Positions 58,475-64,000 of a stretch of 64,000 nucleotides of DNA are shown here, piece by piece. The notes beneath the pieces were generated by a model. That model did no database searches and had not been told where the DNA came from. It saw only the letters and a program-made list of their open reading frames with translations. Numbering within the stretch: position 1 is the first letter of the stretch; each line of letters starts with the position of its first letter. Origin of the DNA: Caldimonas sp. KR1-144. Its GTDB lineage: Bacteria > Pseudomonadota > Gammaproteobacteria > Burkholderiales > Burkholderiaceae_C. The translations under genes were made by a program, and so were the position numbers. The DNA lies in contig NZ_JBMSEE010000005.1 in the NCBI RefSeq assembly GCF_049446155.1, forward strand, positions 140,315-204,314, written 5' to 3'.

Positions 58475-58666
58475 GATTTCATCCGCCCGACGGAGGCCGC
58501 CGCAGGCGCCGGTTTGCCATGCAAGTGTTTGACCGAAAAGGGCTTTTTTGGTGTAATCGCGGGTTTTCCGCAGGAGGCGGCGGCTTGGCTTGCCCGCTTT
58601 CATTGCAGGAAATCAAGTCGGTGGCGAGACCTTTCGCGCGCCCGCCTGCAAGTCAAGAGGTTCACC

Positions 58667-58801
58667 ATGAAACGCACCTACCAGCCTTCGAAGATCCGCC
58701 GCGCCCGCACCCATGGCTTTCTCGTGCGCATGAAGACGCGCGGTGGCCGCGCGGTCCTGAATGCGCGCCGCGCCAAGGGCCGCAAGCGCCTGGGTCTCTG
58801 A
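58667..58801 (+). CDS. rpmH: 50S ribosomal protein L34
   Basis: [44 protein letters not shown]. Confidence 0.95.
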   Translation: MKRTYQPSKIRRARTHGFLVRMKTRGGRAVLNARRAKGRKRLGL

Positions 58802-58875
58802 TCCCTGCGCCTGACGGCGCCGCGTCCGCACCGAAGGCCGGCGTGCCACCCGGGCGGCACAGGCGCTGGCAGCCG

Positions 58876-59274
58876 ATGCCCAGCGCCGAATGCTTTCAAC
58901 GCGCCCTGGCGGTTCGCCCGCTGGCGCGCAGCGAGCACTTCGTGCTGCACCACGTGGCCGTGTCCCCCGCAACGCTGCACGGCAGCAAGTTGTCAACAGG
59001 CCCTGACCCGATGCCGGCCGCGGCTGTGGAAGACCTGCGGGTCGGCTGGATCATCCCCAAGCGGCAAGCACGCCGCGCGGTCACGCGCAACCTCGTGCGC
59101 CGCCAGATGCGCTGCGCGTTCGACCGCCATGCCGCCGCGCTGCCCGCCGGCGACTGGCTGCTGCGCCTGCGCGCCGGCTTCGATGCCGCGCGTTTTCCGA
59201 GCGCCGCGTCCGAGGCCTTGCGCCTCGCGGTGCGCAGCGAACTCGACGCCCTGATGCGCAAGGCCAGCCGATGA
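58876..59274 (+). CDS. rnpA: ribonuclease P protein component
   Basis: Basic RNR-like motif region KRQARRAVTRNLVRRQMRC. Position after rpmH. ATGA overlap with yidD. Confidence 0.8.
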   Translation: MPSAECFQRALAVRPLARSEHFVLHHVAVSPATLHGSKLSTGPDPMPAAAVEDLRVGWIIPKRQARRAVTRNLVRRQMRCAFDRHAAALPAGDWLLRLRAGFDAARFPSAASEALRLAVRSELDALMRKASR

Positions 59275-59576
59275 ACGCGGCCGCGGCCATCGATGCGATC
59301 GGCGCGCTGGCGCGCCGGCTGCTGATCGGCCTGGTGCGCGGCTACCGGCTGCTGCTGAGCCCGTGGATCGGCGGCGCCTGCCGCTTCGAGCCGACCTGCT
59401 CCCTCTACGCGATCGAGGCCATCGAGCGCCACGGCGCGGCCGCCGGCAGCTACCTCGCCGCGCGCCGCATCCTGCGCTGTCATCCGGGTTGTGCCGGCGG
59501 CTGCGATCCTGTGCCCGAACGCTGGCCCGCACGCGCCTCCTCTTCGAACCCTTCCGCCGAGAAGATCACGCCATGA
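59271..59576 (+). CDS. yidD: membrane protein insertion efficiency factor YidD
   Basis: LVRGYRLLLSPWIGGACRFEPTCSLYAIEAIERHG...CHPGCAGGCDPVP. Confidence 0.9.
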   Translation: MNAAAAIDAIGALARRLLIGLVRGYRLLLSPWIGGACRFEPTCSLYAIEAIERHGAAAGSYLAARRILRCHPGCAGGCDPVPERWPARASSSNPSAEKITP

Positions 59577-61237
59577 CCGATATGCGCCGCACCATCTTGT
59601 GGGTGGTGTTCCTGATGTCTCTCGTCCTGCTGTGGGACGCCTGGAACAAGCACCAGGGTCGCCCGACGATGTTCGGCATGCCCGCGCCGACGGCGACCAC
59701 GGCTGGCAGCGCACCCGCTGGCGTGCCGGCCTCGGCCGCGCTGCCGGCGCCGGCCACCGCGGGGGCCGCTCCCGCGGCGCCCGTGACGACGGCACCGGTC
59801 GCCAGCGAGAAGCTCTGGATCACGACCGACGTCTTCAAGGCGCAGATCGACACGCAAGGCGGCACGCTGACCCACGTCGAACTGCTCAAGCACCGCGACG
59901 CGGTCGACGCGAGCAAGCCGATGGTGCTGCTCGACCAGTCCGCCACGCACACCTACGTGGCGCAGACCGGCCTGATCAGCAAGACCGCCACCGGCGCGGC
60001 GCTGCCCAATCACGTGACGACGATGACCGTGCTGCCCGGCGCACGCGCGCTCGCCGACGGCCAGGACGAACTGCGGCTCACGCTCGAGTCGCCGGCCGTC
60101 AACGGCGTGACCTACCGCAAGAGCTATGTCTTCAAGCGCGGCGACTACGCGATCGGCGTGAAGCACGAGATCGTCAACGCCGGCGGCGAGGCGGTGGAGC
60201 CGCAGCTGTACCTGCAGCTCGAGCGCGACGGCAGCACCGAAAGCCATGCCGGCTTCCTCGGTGGCGCGCAGACCTTCACCGGCCCGGCGCTGTACACGCC
60301 GGCGACCAAGTTCAAGAAGATCGAATTCAAGGACATCGACAAGGGCGGCGTCGAGCTGCCCACCGGTGCGACCGAGGGCTGGACGGCGATGGTGCAGCAC
60401 TACTTCGTGTCGGCCTGGCTGCCGCCCGAGGGCGCGGCGCGCGAGTTCCGCGTCAGCAAGAACGGCGCGCTGTACTCGCTGGCCGCGGTGCTGCCGCTTG
60501 CGCCCATCGCCGCCGGCCAGAGCGCGACGCTCGACACGCGGCTGTACGTCGGCCCGCAGGAGGAAAAGCGCCTCGAGGCGCTGGCGCCGGGGCTCGAGCT
60601 GGTCAAGGACTACGGCATCTTCACGATCATCTCGAAGCCGCTGTTCTGGCTGCTCGACCAGCTGCACAAGCTGGTTGGCAACTGGGGCTGGGCGATCGTC
60701 GCGCTGGTGGTGCTGATCAAGGCCGCGTTCTACTGGCTCAACGCCAAGGCCTATGCGTCGATGGCCAAGATGAAGGCCATCAACCCGAAGGTCATGGAGC
60801 TACGCGAGCGGCTCAAGGACAAGCCGCAGCAGATGCAGCAGGAGATGATGCGCATCTACCGCGAGGAGAAGGTCAATCCTCTCGGCGGCTGCCTGCCGAT
60901 CATGGTCCAGATCCCCGTGTTCATCGCGCTGTACTGGGTGCTGCTGTCGTCGGTGGAGATGCGCAACGCTCCGTGGCTGGGCTGGATCACCGACCTGTCG
61001 GCCAAGGATCCGTACTACATCCTGCCGCTGGTGATGACCGCCACGACGATGCTGCAGACCTGGCTCAACCCGACGCCGCCGGATCCGGTGCAGGCCAAGA
61101 TGATGTGGATCATGCCGCTGGTGTTCAGCGTGATGTTCTTCTTCTTCCCGGCCGGCCTGGTGCTGTACTGGATCACGAACAACGTGCTGTCGATCGCGCA
61201 GCAATGGGTGATCAACAAGCGCCTGGGCGTGAACTGA
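59573..61237 (+). CDS. yidC: membrane protein insertase YidC
   Basis: N-terminal TM helix, large periplasmic domain, C-terminal 5-TM core ([19 protein letters not shown]). Confidence 0.95.
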   Translation: MTDMRRTILWVVFLMSLVLLWDAWNKHQGRPTMFGMPAPTATTAGSAPAGVPASAALPAPATAGAAPAAPVTTAPVASEKLWITTDVFKAQIDTQGGTLTHVELLKHRDAVDASKPMVLLDQSATHTYVAQTGLISKTATGAALPNHVTTMTVLPGARALADGQDELRLTLESPAVNGVTYRKSYVFKRGDYAIGVKHEIVNAGGEAVEPQLYLQLERDGSTESHAGFLGGAQTFTGPALYTPATKFKKIEFKDIDKGGVELPTGATEGWTAMVQHYFVSAWLPPEGAAREFRVSKNGALYSLAAVLPLAPIAAGQSATLDTRLYVGPQEEKRLEALAPGLELVKDYGIFTIISKPLFWLLDQLHKLVGNWGWAIVALVVLIKAAFYWLNAKAYASMAKMKAINPKVMELRERLKDKPQQMQQEMMRIYREEKVNPLGGCLPIMVQIPVFIALYWVLLSSVEMRNAPWLGWITDLSAKDPYYILPLVMTATTMLQTWLNPTPPDPVQAKMMWIMPLVFSVMFFFFPAGLVLYWITNNVLSIAQQWVINKRLGVN

Positions 61238-61316
61238 GCCGCCCGGCCGCGAGTTCCCGACGCCCCGCGAGGCCCACGCCCGCGGGGCGTTTTGCTTCCT
61301 AGGACAATCGCAAGCC

Positions 61317-62726
61317 ATGCTGGCACGCCATCAAGACCCGATCGTCGCGATCGCGACCGCGCCCGGACGCGGCGCCGTCGGCATCGTGCGCGTCTCGGGC
61401 AAGGGTCTCGCGGCGTTGGCGCAGGCGCTGACCGGCAAGACGCTCGCGCCGCGCCACGCGAGCTACGGCCCCTTCCTCGACGCGCAAGGCGCCGCGCTCG
61501 ACCAGGGCCTTGCAATCTACTTTCCGGCGCCGGCCAGCTACACCGGCGAAGACGTGCTCGAGCTGCAGGCGCACGGCGGGCCGATCGTCTTGCAGCTGCT
61601 GCTCGCGCGCTGCCTCGAGGCCGCCGCCGAGGACGGCAGCGACGGGCGCGAGCGCCTGTCGCGACTGCGCCTGGCCGAACCCGGCGAGTTCACCGAACGC
61701 GCCTTCCTCAATGGCAAGCTCGATCTCGCGCAGGCCGAGGCCGTGGCCGACCTGATCGACGCCAGCACCGAGGCCGCTGCGCGCTCCGCCGGCCGTGCGC
61801 TGGCCGGCGCGTTCTCGCGCGAGATCGCGACGCTGCGCGATGCGCTGATCGAGCTGCGCATGCTGGTCGAGGCGACGCTCGACTTCCCCGAGGAGGAGAT
61901 CGACTTCCTCGAAAAGGCCGACGCGCGCGGCCGGCTGACCCGGGTGATCGCCGCGCTCGACGCGGTGCGCGCCCGCGCGCGCCAGGGCGCGCTGCTGCGC
62001 GAGGGCCTGACCGTGGTGCTGGCCGGCCAGCCCAATGCCGGCAAGAGCTCGCTGCTCAATGCGCTGGCCGGCGCCGAGCTCGCGATCGTCACCGCGATTC
62101 CCGGCACCACGCGCGACAAGGTGCGCGAGACGATCCAGATCGAGGGCGTTCCGCTGCACGTGGTCGACACCGCCGGCTTGCGCGACGACGCGGCGGCGAA
62201 CGACGAAGTCGAGCGCATCGGCATTGCCCGCAGCTGGGACGCGATCGCCGGCGCCGACGCGGTGCTGTTCCTGCACGACCTCGCGCGCGAGCACGACGCG
62301 GATTACGCGCGCGCCGACCTGGCGATCGCCGAACGCCTGCTCGCTGCCGGCGGTGCGCAGGTGCTGCACGTGCACACCAAGGCCGACTTGCGGCCCGATG
62401 CCGTGCTTGCGCCCGAGGCGATTGCGGTCTCCGCGCGCACCGGCGCCGGCCTCGACGCGCTGCGACGGCGCCTGCTCGAACTCGCCGGCTGGCAGCCGGG
62501 CGGCGAGGGCGTGTTCATCGCACGCGCGCGCCACCTGCATGCGCTCGACCGCGCGCGCGTGCACCTCGAGCAGGCGCAGGCGCTGGCCGCGCAAGCCGAT
62601 GCCGCGCTCGACCTGCTGGCCGAAGAGCTGCGCCTCGCGCACGATGCGCTGGGCGTGATCACCGGCCAGTTCAGCGCCGACGACCTGCTGGGCGAGATCT
62701 TCGGGCGGTTTTGCATCGGCAAGTGA
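61317..62726 (+). CDS. mnmE: tRNA modification GTPase MnmE
   Basis: [21 protein letters not shown] domain [12 protein letters not shown] and DTAG. C-terminal CIGK. Confidence 0.95.
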   Translation: MLARHQDPIVAIATAPGRGAVGIVRVSGKGLAALAQALTGKTLAPRHASYGPFLDAQGAALDQGLAIYFPAPASYTGEDVLELQAHGGPIVLQLLLARCLEAAAEDGSDGRERLSRLRLAEPGEFTERAFLNGKLDLAQAEAVADLIDASTEAAARSAGRALAGAFSREIATLRDALIELRMLVEATLDFPEEEIDFLEKADARGRLTRVIAALDAVRARARQGALLREGLTVVLAGQPNAGKSSLLNALAGAELAIVTAIPGTTRDKVRETIQIEGVPLHVVDTAGLRDDAAANDEVERIGIARSWDAIAGADAVLFLHDLAREHDADYARADLAIAERLLAAGGAQVLHVHTKADLRPDAVLAPEAIAVSARTGAGLDALRRRLLELAGWQPGGEGVFIARARHLHALDRARVHLEQAQALAAQADAALDLLAEELRLAHDALGVITGQFSADDLLGEIFGRFCIGK

Positions 62727-62874
62727 GCGCTGACCGGCGCGCACCCGAACGTGCAAGACTTCACGCGCAAGCCGTCGCCCCACCCCGACACGCGCGGGCC
62801 GGGCGTCAACGTGCCGGGCGGATAATCGCGACAGCGTTCTCGAAGCGCATTTCCCACGAGACGACGACAACACC

Positions 62875-63342
62875 ATGACGCACGACCAACTGCTGCTGGC
62901 GATCCAGTCGCTGAACGCCGAGGACGCGTTCCGCCCGCGGTTCGACCCGTCGCAATGGCGCGTCTTCCTGCAATACCTGACGCGCCACGAGGTGCGCCCC
63001 GGCGACCTGCTGCTCAAGCAGGGCGAGCCGGACCGCACGGTCTATTTCCTCGGCCAGGGCACGCTGCAGGTCTACGTGAGCGGCGGTGCGCCGGGCGCCA
63101 ACAAGATCGCGATCCTGCGCCCGGGCGCGATGTGCGGCGAGCCGGGCCTGTTTGCCGACGGACCGCGCACCGCCAACGTCGAGGCGATGACGCCGTGCAT
63201 CGTCTGGGCGCTGCGCCTGCCGCGCTTCGAGGAGCTGGGCCAGCGTGTGCCGGCGGTGGCGCTGGAAGCGCTGCGCGCGGCCGGCGCGGTGATGGCGACG
63301 CGCCTGCGCGCCAACATGGCGCGGCAGATGCCGGTGACCTGA
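62875..63342 (+). CDS. cyclic nucleotide-binding domain protein
   Basis: cNMP-binding beta-barrel motifs (GQGTLQVYV...RTANVEA). 155 aa. Confidence 0.65.
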   Translation: MTHDQLLLAIQSLNAEDAFRPRFDPSQWRVFLQYLTRHEVRPGDLLLKQGEPDRTVYFLGQGTLQVYVSGGAPGANKIAILRPGAMCGEPGLFADGPRTANVEAMTPCIVWALRLPRFEELGQRVPAVALEALRAAGAVMATRLRANMARQMPVT

Positions 63343-63394
63343 GCGGCCTTCGACGCCGCAAGCAAGGGCCCCGCGGGGCCCTTTGCCTTTGGGC

Positions 63395-63934
63395 TCAGAG
63401 TCCGCCGAACGACACCAGCGTGAACAGCGGCAGCCCGGATTCGCGCAGCTTGGCCGCACCGCCCAGCTCGGGCAGCTCGACGATCGCCGCACCTTCGATC
63501 ACCGTCGCACCCAGGCGCTCGAGCAGGCGCTTGCCGGCCATCATCGTGCCGCCGGTGGCGATCAGGTCGTCGATCAGCACCACGCGGTCGCCCGCCTTCA
63601 CCGCGTCGGTGTGCATCTCGACGGTGGCGCTGCCGTACTCGAGTTCGTAGGTCTCTTCGACGGTGGTGTAGGGCAGCTTGCCCTTCTTGCGGATCGGCAC
63701 GAAGCCGACGCCCAGCTCGTAGGCGAGCACCGAGCCGATGATGAAGCCGCGCGCGTCGAGCCCTGCGACCGCCTGCGGCCGGGTGTCGAAGTAGCGGTGC
63801 ACGAACTGGTCGATCAGCACGCGGAAGACGCGCGGGTTCTGCAGCAGCGGCGTGATGTCGCGGAACTGCACGCCGCGCTCCGGCCAGTCAGGCACGGTGC
63901 GAATGGTGCGGCGGATCAGGTCGAGGTCGGACAT
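63395..63934 (-). CDS. apt: adenine phosphoribosyltransferase
   Basis: PRPP motif [14 protein letters not shown]. Confidence 0.9.
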   Translation of the reverse strand: MSDLDLIRRTIRTVPDWPERGVQFRDITPLLQNPRVFRVLIDQFVHRYFDTRPQAVAGLDARGFIIGSVLAYELGVGFVPIRKKGKLPYTTVEETYELEYGSATVEMHTDAVKAGDRVVLIDDLIATGGTMMAGKRLLERLGATVIEGAAIVELPELGGAAKLRESGLPLFTLVSFGGL

Positions 63935-64000
63935 GGCGGCAAAGGGCAGATCGGCGCAGGGCCGGACATTATCGGGAGTGAGGGCCGCTCAGGCCGGCGC

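Overview
Read by eye, this is a ~70% GC chromosomal segment, probably from a betaproteobacterium (Burkholderiales-like), spanning the replication-origin neighbourhood. On the plus strand lie rpmH-rnpA-yidD-yidC-mnmE and on the minus strand dnaA-dnaN-gyrB, with DnaA-box clusters flanking dnaA. Ordinary housekeeping and transport genes include gstA-like GST, tag, an acyl-CoA synthetase, SDR/TetR, an RlmN-like radical SAM enzyme, an NfeD-stomatin pair, MFS and LysE transporters, RidA, a UbiH-like monooxygenase and apt. Among them sit several accessory-looking modules.

(i) At 32.8-34.8 kb there is a tight minus-strand array of nine tRNA genes (Gly, Glu, Ala, Asp, Arg, Pro, His, Leu, Gln). Several have non-canonical anticodon loops (C33 in His and Gly, U37 in Asp). 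The array is interrupted by an HNH endonuclease gene and followed by two degenerate tRNA-like elements, one of them a 55-70 nt mini-tRNA. Immediately downstream is an operon encoding an SPFH protein, a Trp-rich hypothetical protein and the RNA ligase RtcB. I consider this tRNA array / HNH / RtcB locus the most likely candidate for an undescribed tRNA damage-repair or anticodon-nuclease counter-defence system.

(ii) A class A beta-lactamase with a divergent AmpR-like LysR regulator lies directly next to a creBCD-like two-component module, with a cre-tag-like repeat in the bla promoter.

(iii) An ABC-2 permease is fused to an M1 zinc aminopeptidase domain and has a cognate ATPase.

(iv) Two tandem paralogous small proteins share a conserved FRHFF C-terminus.

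(v) A HAD phosphatase is fused to a HerA/DUF87-like ATPase.

(vi) An NrtR-like Nudix regulator is divergent from an SPFH / NAD-kinase operon, with a perfect palindrome in the shared promoter region.

(vii) A GbsR-type regulator has duplicated 9-2-9 operators and controls a DCC thiol-disulfide oxidoreductase / DoxX-fused reductase operon.

(viii) A nucleotidyltransferase-fold gene appears 5'-truncated at an AT-rich junction.

Three separate SPFH (band-7) paralogs occur in the window. No CRISPR array, integrase or transposase was seen. Coordinates of RNA features were derived by manual folding and may be off by 1-2 nt.
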